64,000 bases of DNA from Eledone cirrhosa (lineage: Eukaryota): assembly GCA_964016885.1 (NCBI GenBank), contig OZ024742.1:178374001-178438000 (forward strand). Direction: 5' to 3'. Below the pieces are notes generated by a model. The model did not search any database, was not told the DNA's origin, and worked only from the letters and a program-made list of their open reading frames with translations. Of this stretch, positions 49,701-63,844 are shown piece by piece (position 1 is the first letter of the stretch; the number at the start of each line of letters is the position of its first letter). The translations under genes were made by a program, and so were the position numbers.

Positions 49701-52700
49701 ACCTTCACAACTCTTCTACCTTCTATCAATTATATGAGAATTACTATAGATATAGAATAGAGCACAACCTTCACAACTCTTATGCCTTCTATCAATTATA
49801 TGAGAATTACTATAGATATAGAATAGAGCACAACCTTCACAACTCTTCTACCTTCTATCAATTATATGAGAATAGCTATAGATATAGAATAGAGCACAAC
49901 CTTCACAACTCTTGTGCCTTCTATCAATTATATGAGAATTACTATAGATATCGAATGGAGCACAACTTTCACAACTCTTGTGCCTTCTATAAATTATATG
50001 AGAATAGCTATAGATATAGAATGGAGCACAACCTTCAAAACTCTTCTACCTTCTATCAATTATATGAGAATTACTATAGATATAGAATAGAGCACAACCT
50101 TCACAACTCTTGTGCCTTCTATCAATTAGATGAGAATTACTATAGATATAGAATAGAGCACAACCTTCACAACTCTTGTGCCTTCTATCAATTATATGAG
50201 AATTACTATAGATATAGAATAGAGCACAACCTTCACAACTCTTGTGCCTTCTATCAATTATATTAGAATTACTATAGATATAGAATAGAGCACAACCTTC
50301 ACAACTCTTGTGCCTTCTATCAATTAGATGAGAATTACTATAGATTTAGAATAGAGCACAACCTTCACAACTCTTGTGCCTTCTATCAATTAGATGAGAA
50401 TTACTATAGATATAGAATAGAGCACAACCTTCACAACTCTTGTGCCTTCTATCAATTATATGAGAATTACTATAGATATAGAATAGAGCACAACCTTCAC
50501 AACTCTTGTGCCTTCTATCAATTATATGAGAATTACTATAGATATAGAATAGAGCACAACCTTCACAACTCTTGTGCCTTCTATCAATTAGATGAGAATT
50601 ACTATAGATATAGAATAGAGCACAACCTTCACAACTCTTGTGCCTTCTATCAATTAGATGAGAATTACTATAGATATAGAATAGAGCACAACCTTCACAA
50701 CTCTTGTGCCTTCTATCAATTATATGAGAATTACTATAGATATAGAATAGAGCACAACCTTCACAACTCTTGTGCCTTCTATCAATTATATGAGAATTAC
50801 TATAGATATAGAATAGAGCACAACCTTCACAACTCTTGTGCCTTCTATCAATTATATGAGAATTACTATAGATATAGAATAGAGCACAACCTTCACAACT
50901 CTTGTGCCTTCTATCAATTATATGAGAATTACCATAGATATAGAATAGAGCACAACCTTCACAACTCTTGTGCCTTCTATCAATTATATGAGAATTACTA
51001 TAGATATAGAATAGAGCACAACCTTCACAACTCTTCTACCTTCTATCAATTATATGAGAATAGCTATAGCTATAGAATAGAGCACAACCTTCACAACTCT
51101 TGTGCCTTCTATCAATTATATGAGAATTACTATAGATATCGAATAGAGCACAACCTTCACAACTCTTGTGCCTTCTATCAATTATATGAGAATAGCTACA
51201 GATATAGAATGGAGCACAACCTTCACAACTCTTCTACCTTCTATCAATTATATGAGAATTACTATAGATATAGAATAGAGCACAACCTTCACAACTCTTA
51301 TGCCTTCTATCAATTATATGAGAATTACTATAGATATAGAATAGAGCACAACCTTCACAACTCTTCTACCTTCTATCAATTATATGAGAATAGCTATAGA
51401 TATAGAATAGAGCACAACCTTCACAACTCTTGTGCCTTCTATCAATTATATGAGAATTACTATAGATATCGAATGGAGCACAACCTTCACAACTCTTGTG
51501 CCTTCTATCAATTATATGAGAATAGCTATAGATATAGAATGGAGCACAACCTTCAAAACTCTTCTACCTTCTATCAATTATATGAGAATTACTATAGATA
51601 TAGAATAGAGCACAACCTTCACAACTCTTGTGCCTTCTATCAATTAGATGAGAATTACTATAGATATAGAATAGAGCACAACCTTCACAACTCTTGTGCC
51701 TTCTATCAATTATATGAGAATTACTATAGATATAGAATAGAGCACAACCTTCACAACTCTTGTGCCTTCTATCAATTATATGAGAATTACTATAGATATA
51801 GAATAGAGCACAACCTTCACAACTCTTGTGCCTTCTATCAATTATATGAGAATTACTATAGATATAGAATAGAGCACAACCTTCACAACTCTTGTGCCTT
51901 CTATCAATTATATGAGAATTACTATAGATATAGAATAGAGCACAACCTTCACAACTCTTGTGCCTTCTATCAATTATATGAGAATTACTATAGATATAGA
52001 ATAGAGCACAACCTTCACAACTCTTGTGCCTTCTATCAATTATATGAGAATTACCATAGATATAGAATAGAGCACAACCTTCACAACTCTTGTGCCTTCT
52101 ATCAATTATATGAGAATTACTATAGATATAGAATAGAGCACAACCTTCACAACTCTTCTACCTTCTATCAATTATATGAGAATAGCTATAGATATAGAAT
52201 AGAGCACAACCTTCACAACTCTTGTGCCTTCTATCAATTATATGAGAATTACTATAGATATCGAATAGAGCACAACCTTCACAACTCTTGTGCCTTCTAT
52301 CAATTATATGAGAATAGCTACAGATATAGAATGGAGCACAACCTTCACAACTCTTCTACCTTCTATCAATTATATGAGAATTACTATAGATATAGAATAG
52401 AGCACAACCTTCACAACTCTTGTGCCTTCTATCAATTATATGAGAATTACTATAGATATAGAATAGAGCACAACCTTCACAACTCTTCTACCTTCTATCA
52501 ATTATATAAGAATTACTATAGATATAGATTAGAGCACAACCTTCACAACTCTTGTGCCTTCTATCAATTATATGAGAATTACTATAGATATAGAATAGAG
52601 CACAACCTTCACAATTCTTGTGCCTTCTATCAATTATATGAGAATTACTATAGATATAGAATAGAGCACAACCTTCACAACTCTTGTGCCTTCTATCAAT

Positions 52701-55583
52701 TAGATGAGAATTACTATAGATATAGAATAGAGCACAACCTTCACAACTCTTGTGCCTTCTATCAATTATATAAGAATTACTATAGATATAGAATAGAGCA
52801 CAACCTTCACAACTCTTGTGCCTTCTATCAATTATATGAGAATTACTATAGATATAGAATAGAGCACAACCTTCACAACTCTTGTGCCTTCTATCAATTA
52901 TATGAGAATTACTATAGATATAGAATAGAGCACAACCTTCTCAACTCTTGTGCCTTCTATCAATTATATGAGAATTACTATAGATATCGAATGGAGCACA
53001 ACCTTCACAACTCTTGTGCCTTCTATCAATTATATGAGAATAGCTATAGATATAGAATGGAGCACAACCTTCAAAACTCTTCTACCTTCTATCAATTATA
53101 TGAGAATTACTATAGATATAGAATAGAGCACAACCTTCACAACTCTTGTGCCTTCTATCAATTAGATGAGAATTACTATAGATATAGAATAGAGCACAAC
53201 CTTCACAACTCTTGTGCCTTCTATCAATTATATGAGAATTACTATAGATATAGAATAGAGCACAACCTTCACAACTCTTGTGCCTTCTATCAATTATATG
53301 AGAATTACTATAGATATAGAATAGAGCACAACCTTCACAACTCTTGTGCCTTCTATCAATTATATGAGAATTACTATAGATATAGAATAGAGCACAACCT
53401 TCACAACTCTTGTGCCTTCTATCAATTATATGAGAATTACTATAGATATAGAATAGAGCACAACCTTCACAACTCTTGTGCCTTCTATCAATTATATGAG
53501 AATTACTATAGATATAGAATAGAGCACAACCTTCACAACTCTTGTGCCTTCTATCAATTATATGAGAATTACTATAGATATAGAATAGAGCACAACCTTC
53601 ACAACTCTTCTACCTTCTATCAATTATATGAGAATTACTATAGATATAGAATAGAGCACAACCTTCACAACTCTTGTGCCTTCTATCAATTATATGAGAA
53701 TTACTATAGATATAGAATAGAGCACAACCTTCACAACTCTTGTGCCTTCTATCAATTATATAAGAATTACTATAGATATAGAATAGAGCACAACCTTCAC
53801 AACTCTTGTGCCTTCTATCAATTAGATGAGAATTACTATAGATATAGAATAGAGCACAACCTTCACAACTCTTGTGCCTTCTATCAATTATATAAGAATT
53901 ACTATAGATATAGAATAGAGCACAACCTTCACAACTCTTGTGCCTTCTATCAATTATATAAGAATTACTATAGATATAGAATAGAGCACAACCTTCACAA
54001 CTCTTGTGCCTTCTATCAATTATATGAGAATTACTATAGATATAGAATAGAGCACAACCTTCACAACTCTTGTGCCTTCTATCAATTATATGAGAATTAC
54101 TATAGATATAGAATAGAGCACAACCTTCTCAACTCTTGTGCCTTCTATCAATTATATGAGAATTACTATAGATATCGAATGGAGCACAACCTTCACAACT
54201 CTTGTGCCTTCTATCAATTATATGAGAATAGCTATAGATATAGAATGGAGCACAACCTTCAAAACTCTTCTACCTTCTATCAATTATATGAGAATTACTA
54301 TAGATATAGAATAGAGCACAACCTTCACAACTCTTGTGCCTTCTATCAATTAGATGAGAATTACTATAGATATAGAATAGAGCACAACCTTCACAACTCT
54401 TGTGCCTTCTATCAATTATATGAGAATTACTATAGATATAGAATAGAGCACAACCTTCACAACTCTTGTGCCTTCTATCAATTATATGAGAATTACTATA
54501 GATATAGAATAGAGCACAACCTTCACAACTCTTGTGCCTTCTATCAATTATATGAGAATTACTATAGATATAGAATAGAGCACAACCTTCACAACTCTTG
54601 TGCCTTCTATCAATTATATGAGAATTACTATAGATATAGAATAGAGCACAACCTTCACAACTCTTGTGCCTTCTATCAATTATATGAGAATTACTATAGA
54701 TATAGAATAGAGCACAACCTTCACAACTCTTGTGCCTTCTATCAATTATATGAGAATTACTATAGATATAGAATAGAGCACAACCTTCACAACTCTTCTA
54801 CCTTCTATCAATTATATGAGAATTACTATAGATATAGAATAGAGCACAACCTTCACAACTCTTGTGCCTTCTATCAATTATATGAGAATTACTATAGATA
54901 TAGAATAGAGCACAACCTTCACAACTCTTGTGCCTTCTATCAATTATATAAGAATTACTATAGATATAGAATAGAGCACAACCTTCACAACTCTTGTGCC
55001 TTCTATCAATTAGATGAGAATTACTATAGATATAGAATAGAGCACAACCTTCACAACTCTTCTACCTTCTATCAATTATATGAGAATTACTATAGATATA
55101 GAATAGAACACAACCTTCACAACTCTTGTGCCTTCTATCAATTATATGAGAATTACTATAGATATAGAATAGAGGACAACCTTCACAACTCTTGTGCCTT
55201 CTATCAATTAGATGAGAATTACTATAGATATAGAATAGAGCACAACCTTCACAACTCTTGTGCCTTCTATCAATTATTTGAGAATTACTATAGATATAGA
55301 ATAGAGCACAACATTCACAACTCTTGTGCCTTCTATCAATTACATGAGAATTACTATAGATATAGAATAGAGCACAACCTTCACAACTCTTCTACCTTCT
55401 ATCAATTAGATGAGAATTACTATAGATATAGAATAGAGCACAACCTTCACAACTCTTGTGCCTTCTATCAATTATATGAGAATTACTATAGATATAGAAT
55501 AGAGCACAACCTTCACAACTCTTCTACCTTCTATCAATTATATGAGAATAGCTATAGATATAGAATGGAGCACAACCTTCACA
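34760..55583. repeat. 66-bp satellite, about 315 copies (20.8 kb), with higher-order variant blocks
   Basis: Unit gagcacaaccttcacaactcttgtgccttctatcaattatatgagaattactatagatatagaata. Diverged 67-bp units at the left edge; 1-bp deletion near 45232. Confidence 0.99.
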
Positions 55584-56103
55584 CACTCGCTTAGTCATCA
55601 GCCTGTAATATTGATTTCTTACATTGGCACAAGGCCACTCATTCTCAGAGGGAAGGGCTCACATAGTTACTTTATTGGTATATCGATTCACATAAACTTG
55701 ACTCTTATTTTATGTATTTCAATCATGAAGTACTGGATTGTTTTAGTACTTCAATAGTGAAGTACTAAAAATTGGCAGAAACTAAAAGAATTTCATTAGA
55801 TACCATCAGAGAGAGAGAACTAAAAGATGATTAGTGAATGATGCATAGTCTTTTTTCTACAAGTGGAAAATGCGCACACTCATACACACACATGCACACA
55901 CACATGCACACACACACACACAGACACCAACACACACACACACCAACACCGACACACAAACACACTGACACCAACACACACTCATATACATACATACATA
56001 CATAGATTATATTAGCTTCAGAATAGGACTATACATGTATATATATATATATATAGATATAGATAGCTAGATAGATAGAGAGAGAGAAAGTGAGAGAGAG
56101 AGA

Positions 56104-56300
56104 GAGGCATGTGGCTTAGTGGTTAGAGCATTGGATTCACAACTGTGAGGTTGTGAGTTTGATTCCTGGACCAGGTTGTGTGTTGTGTTCTTGAGTAAGA
56201 TACTTTATTTCACGTTGATCCAGTTCACTGAGCTGAAAAAAATTACTTGTGACAGTACTGGTGCCAAACTGAATCAGCCTTTGCCGTTCCCTTGGATAAC
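56104..56300 (+). mobile_element. SINE family B, 3'-truncated
   Basis: gtggcttagtggttagagc..gagtttgattcc..ttcttgagtaagatactttatttcacg..actggtgccaaactg matches 15287-15480. Confidence 0.78.
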
Positions 56301-56560
56301 ATTAAATATAACAAAGGTCATATGCAGTTGTGTAGAAGTTTATTGTTTAGCCCTTAAATGGCTGAATAATATACTTATACATGGCCTTTACTATATTTAA
56401 TGTTCGGTATGCTCTAACCTGTGCTACCAATACAAACATAGATTTATGCATATCGTTGAGTACTTCATTTTATTTGCATCACCATTGACCGATTAGAGTG
56501 TGGATTACACAACTCTGGTCGGTCAACTCTCTATTAAAATTATATATATATATACACACA

Positions 56561-56853
56561 TTTCATTTCATTTCATTTTACGTCCGCTTTTTCCCTGCTT
56601 GCAAGGGTGGGACGGGAACTGATTCTGGCTTGATTTCTACAGCTGGATGCCCTTCCTAACACCAACCTCATTTACAATGAGTGCTGGGTGTTTTTTTGCC
56701 GTGGCACCTCCACGACCACTTTGCAGTGGAATGATAGGGACCCCAGTCCTATCATCTCATTTCTACAGCTGAGTAAACTGGAGCAATGTGAAATAAAGTG
56801 TCTTGCTCAAGGAAACAACACATCACCCGGTCTGAGAATTGAACTCACAACCA
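56561..56853 (-). mobile_element. SINE family C, lacking the 5' head
   Basis: Near-identical to 22923-23215. Confidence 0.85.
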
Positions 56854-57239
56854 TATATTAATAAATGATAAATGGAGTATGGAAAAAAAACAGTACAGTG
56901 CTGATAGAAATATAAAGATGGAACTGGGGTAAAAAGGATGACAAAACAATAGAATGTTTTTACTCTATATACTTCAAGACCTTTTAAAATGATGAGTGAT
57001 GAAGATAGAAAAAAAATGTTCTGTTTTCACAAACTTTTCCTGTGTTGTGTGAATGACTGACCGTTGGAAGAAGTGTGATCCTGTGCAGATTGCTTATAAT
57101 AGCTCTGATCTATTATTGATTCTAAGTTTATGCCTCCCTCCACTTGCTGCATTCCTTTGTCATTTCCTCTGTGAGTTTCAGGATTGTGAGAACAGCTCTA
57201 ACAACCTCTGCCCAGGTTTTTTAGTCTTCTTCTATTGCA

Positions 57240-58003
57240 GTTAACTTCCACCGGCATCACCTGGCACTTCATCACCCAGCATTCCTCATCCATACGGTTC
57301 ATATGTCCAAACCAATGCAGTCTTTCTCTCATTCACAGTTTTTCTCTCAGTTCATCTACACCCCATTCTTCATGCACACTAACATTGAACATCAAACAGA
57401 GCATGCTCACTTCCTTTCTCCCCAGTCTCTGTATATCCTCTGCATGTACTGCTATGCAACATTGCACTTCTAACACAGGCATCATACAATCTGTCCTCAT
57501 TTGTAGAGAAAGTCCCTCTGTTTTCAAAAAAGTTAGTATTTCCTTAACCCTTTATTACTCTATATTTACTATTATATATTTACGGTAAAGGCTTTACCTC
57601 ACAATTATTACACATAATATAAAATTTATGAGATTTTGATATTTTTTCTTTTGAGAACAATACCTTAACATTAGAATGAGTGGCCGGTTACAGCCAGTTT
57701 AAACAGAAAGAGGTGAGAGAATTCAGGCCGGATATGGCAGATTTAAATGCTAAAAGGTTAAACTTTTCCCCAGCCTGTTCTTATTCTAGCTACTCTGCTT
57801 TCAGAGCAACCCCATCCATTACTAATTAAGTCACTTTAGTAAAAGAAACTATCAACTACCTGTATGCCACTTTCCTGAGGTTAGAAAAGGGTTATTTCCT
57901 TGTTGTTTTTACCACACACTGTTCCTATGCATCTTCTACATGCAGAGTCTATATTTTCTGTTAGTCTGCCTATAATCCCACTTCACCTCTTGTGTACCCA
58001 CAT
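57240..58003 (-). pseudogene. Decayed RTE LINE fragments
   Basis: Minus-strand EGLSLQMR..EDIQRLGRKEVSML..DELREKL and WVHKR*SGIIGRLTEN..CRRC are homologous to the element at 1-1383. Confidence 0.65.
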
Positions 58004-58197
58004 TGAGTACATCATATTAAGTTGCTATCTAGTCTTGTTTTATTTAGTCAGCATAGCCACTTCCTTGATGGAATCAGTGATTTGTACTCTTCCCTACTTA
58101 CTAAAAGTTGTATGTATGTATGTCGATATATCTATATGTATGTATGTATGTATCTATATATGTATGTATGTATATACATGTATGCATGTGTATGTAT

Positions 58198-58750
58198 ATG
58201 CGCGGGGACATAGAAATAATCGGGCTGGATACCCAATCACGCGGTTAAACCACTGGGAGTGAAGGACCCCTAGACTTTGTCAGGGCATTCTTTTAGGTGA
58301 AGGCAACTCTGAAAACTGGGATAACTCCGACATAAAACCTGCGGCTCAATAGTTACCGATGATGTTGATCTTTTCTTCTTTTCGGGTTATAGTTACTGTC
58401 GCTCAGAGAGTGGGATTGTCTCAGTGCACAGTCTTTCCTCATTTTAAAAAATATCTTCACACACAGGCATTGCACGATAGAATTAATTAATTGTTTCTAC
58501 TTTAGGCACAAGGCCAGCAATTACCCAGTGCATTACTGGTACTTTATTTTATCGACCCCGTAAGGATGAAAGGTAAAGTCAACCTCGGCGGGATTTGAAT
58601 TCAGATCGTAAAGGGGTGTAACTATGCTGGAAAGCATGGCGTCCGACCCGCTACCGATACTGCCAATCCACGATAGAATTAATTAATAATTATTAATAAT
58701 GTTATATTGTGCAATGGCCATACTCGATAACGAGGGGGGCAGCCATCATA
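58198..58750 (+). mobile_element. Family D element (3' part) containing a nested SINE A
   Basis: Matches 60725-61080 colinearly. Confidence 0.85.
58489..58671 (-). mobile_element. SINE family A with ~19-bp target-site duplication
   Basis: cacgatagaattaattaat occurs at 58473-58491 and 58669-58687. The empty site is visible in the sister D copy at about 61000. Confidence 0.9.
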
Positions 58751-58827
58751 TATGATTGTATATATGTATGAATGTCTGATGATGATATATATGCATGTAT
58801 GTTTGTATGTATGCATGTATGATGTAT

Positions 58828-59894
<1,067 letters not shown>

Positions 59895-60179
59895 GGACAA
59901 AATGAAAACACACACACACATCGAACAAACAACTTACAATTGAAAACACACACAAAATGAAAACACACACACACATAGAACAAACAACCAACCAACAATA
60001 AATAAATAAATAAACAAACAAATAAAAAAAAATATAAATAGAAAAATAGAAAAATGAACACAAACACACACAGACACCCGGATGTGGCGCATGCGCAAAC
60101 TGAGCACGCAACCCACACACAAACAAAATGGCGTAGGATAGAAGAAAGGAAAGGCACAGAAACGAAGAAAGAAATCCCC

Positions 60180-60224
60180 AGTCACTGAAGAGGTCACAGA
60201 GTGTGTGACGAAAGAACTATGACT
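60180..60224 (+). ncRNA. Minimal type I hammerhead ribozyme of the Penelope-like element
   Basis: agtca-ctgaaga-g-gtcaca-gagtg-tgtgac-gaaa-gaac-ta-tgact: perfect stem I (5 bp) and stem II (6 bp), vestigial stem III, CUA site with predicted cleavage after 60219. Confidence 0.82.
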
Positions 60225-60375
60225 ATATATATATAAACAACTATCTGGTTGTGGAACCAACCAACCAACCAGAAATTTATAAATTTGTAAATTTATAAAT
60301 ATTTAATAAATTAAATTGAAGTGAAAGCAACTGGTGCGTGTGTTTCTTATTGGCAACATGACCCTCCCAAAGTAT

Positions 60376-61080
<705 letters not shown>

Positions 61081-61302
61081 ATGGTATGTATGTATGGTAT
61101 GTATGTATGGATGTATGCTTGTATATATGTATGTATATCTGCCAGGAGTTGCAACCAGTTCGATCTGACGAGTTCCTCTCCATTTGGTAAGTGAATAACG
61201 TCTGAGATCTTGTCGATTTGGATTATATATGTATTTATGTATGTACGCATGTATGTATGTATGTTTTGATATATGCATGTATATATATATATATATATAT
61301 AT

Positions 61303-61558
61303 ATAGGAACGAGTAGGACCCCGACGGCTGAGCTCAAGCCGTTTCGACGGCTAATTCTGGACTATTTCTATGTCCCCGCATATATATGTATATGTGTATA
61401 TACATATTTACACACTTTAGTCCAGAATTAGCGGTCGAAACGGCTTGAGCTCAGCCGTCGGGGTCCTACTCGTTCCTATTACCCATTCTACTACCCTAAG
61501 TATTGAGTATTTTGGTGCGTTATGGTCCACCTGGTTCCTTACCACATTTCCTTTGTTA
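61303..61558. mobile_element. Family H fold-back element with a captured 53-nt loop
   Basis: Arms 61303-61364 and 61418-61479 plus a ~79-bp extension. Confidence 0.9.
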
Positions 61559-61562
61559 TATA

Positions 61563-61828
61563 TGATGTGTTGTTTCCTTGAGCAAGACACTTTATTTCAC
61601 ATTGCTCCAGTTTACTCAGCTGTAGAATTGAGATGACTGGGGTCCATAGCATTCCACTGTAAAGTGGTCGTGTAGGTGCCACGGGAAAAAAGCACCCAGC
61701 ACTCACTGTAAATGAGGTTGGTGTTAGGAAGGGCATCCAGCTGTAGACATCAAGCCAGAATCAGTTCCCGTCCCACCCTTGCAAGCAGGGAAAAGCGGAC
61801 GTAAAATGATGATGATGATGATGATGAT
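61563..61828 (+). mobile_element. SINE family C, 5'-truncated, with (GAT)n tail
   Basis: ccttgagcaagacactttatttcac..ttggtgttaggaagggcatccagctgtag..gcggacgtaaaatgatgatgatg. Confidence 0.87.
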
Positions 61829-61850
61829 ATATATATATATATATATATAT

Positions 61851-62216
61851 ATACGATATTAAACAAATGGAAACTATATTTATAAAACCATATCTATTTC
61901 ATTATACATATTTCAGGGATACCATATTAAAAATATGGCATGCCTTCTTCAGATAAAATACAATATATAAGCAGTTTTATAAATAAATTTGACGTACCAT
62001 AAATATTGATCAACTTCCATTTTAGAAGTTGGTTTGGCATGCCATATTTTTAATATGGTATCCCTGAAATATGTATAATGAAATAGATATGGTTTTATAA
62101 ATATAGTTTCCATTTGTTTAATATCGTATATCTACTCCAAAACTTGTTGAGTGCTTTATATCAGTTATAAAATATTTACTCGTTGTAACCCAACAATTTT
62201 AAATAAAACTTTTGCA
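61851..62216. mobile_element. Fold-back element with ~94-bp perfect arms and a hammerhead
   Basis: 61851-61944 is the reverse complement of 62036-62129; the right arm has a ~85-bp extension. Preceded by (TA)n. Confidence 0.9.
61895..61960 (-). ncRNA. Type I hammerhead ribozyme with intact core
   Basis: Minus strand tattttat-ctgaaga-aggcatgccatatttttaatatggtatccct-gaaa-tatgta-ta-atgaaata: 8-bp stem I, long stem II (agg/cct plus atgccatatt/aatatggtat), quasi-palindromic stem III, AUA site. Confidence 0.8.
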
Positions 62217-62677
62217 TATATTTATATATATATTGTATGTATGCTTTCATATATATATGTATGTAAGCATCTATGTATGTGGGTTTGTGTATATGTACCC
62301 CCCTCCTCCCGCACCCCACCCCCCACTCCACATATTCCGAATAAATTGTTTCTCTCAAAAGCTTGGATGTATGCATTTATGTATTATATGTATGGCTTTC
62401 ATATATATATATGTGTGTTTGTGTGTAAGCATCTATGTATGTGAGCTCTTGTACGTGCGTTTGTGTATATGTACGCCCTGCCCCCCTCCTCCCCTCCCAC
62501 ACACATATATTTGGAATAAATTGTTTCTCTCAAAAGCTCATTGTTTAATCCTTAATATTGAAATTCGTTAAATTTCCTGTAATTTCAATTGCGATTATTT
62601 CACAGTAAAGCGAGTCACCTGAACAAGTTGTTACGTTGGGGGAAAACCTCACCAATATCTAAATATAGAACAAGACT

Positions 62678-62754
<77 letters not shown>

Positions 62755-63125
62755 GGTGATGGTAGGGATAGTAATGGTGGTGAGGGTGGTTGTGGTGGTG
62801 AGGGTGGTTGTGGTGGGGGAGTGATGGTGGTGGTGGTGGTGGTGGTGGTTGATGTGATGATGGTGGTGATGGTAGGGATAGTAATATTGGTGGGGGTAGT
62901 TGTGGTGGGGTGTGTGGTGATGGTGCAGATGGGGGTGGGGGTAGTTGTGATGGGGGGGATTAGTAATGGTGGTGTTGGTGGGGAGTGTTTGGTGGTGGTG
63001 GTGGGGATTAGTAATGGTGGTGTTGGTGGGGAGTGTTTGGTGGTGGTGGTGGTGGGGTAGTAATCTTGGCAGCAGTAGTATTAGTTGCCGTAGTAATAGC
63101 AGCAGTAGTAGTAGTAGTAGTAGCA
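62678..63125. repeat. (TAG)n / (GGT)n low-complexity tract
   Basis: Direct reading. Confidence 0.9.
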
Positions 63126-63184
63126 GAGCTCTGACAGGATATCCCAGTTTTTCCCTTTATTTTGTTTGTTCCTCCCTTCCTATT

Positions 63185-63309
63185 ACTGCTGCTGCTACTA
63201 CTACTGCTACTGATATACAACAACCACTACCATTGCTGCTGCTGCTACTACTACTACTACTACTACTACTGCTACTGATATACAACAACCACTACCATTG
63301 CTGCTGCTG

Positions 63310-63365
<56 letters not shown>

Positions 63366-63437
63366 GCTATTACTACTGCTGCTGCTGCTACTACTACTGC
63401 TACTGATATACAACAACCACTACCATTGCTGCTGCTG

Positions 63438-63475
<38 letters not shown>

Positions 63476-63530
63476 GATATTACTACTGCTACTGATATTA
63501 CAACAACCACTACCATTGCTGCTGCTGCTG

Positions 63531-63568
<38 letters not shown>

Positions 63569-63631
63569 GCTATTACTGCTATTACTACTGCTACTGATAT
63601 ACAACAACCACTACCATTGCTGCTGCTGCTG

Positions 63632-63663
<32 letters not shown>

Positions 63664-63794
63664 GCTACTGATATACAACAACCACTACCATTGCTGCTGC
63701 TGCTACTACTACTACTACTACTACTGCTATTACTACTGCTGCTGCTACTACTACTGCTACTGATATACAACAACCACTACCATTGCTGCTGCTG

Positions 63795-63844
<50 letters not shown>

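Noticed and set aside
35040-55594. 3401, 1679 and 1461 aa ORFs as real genes
   Set aside because: Not annotated as CDS because they are pure satellite translations with no unique domains. Kept only as a testable finding.
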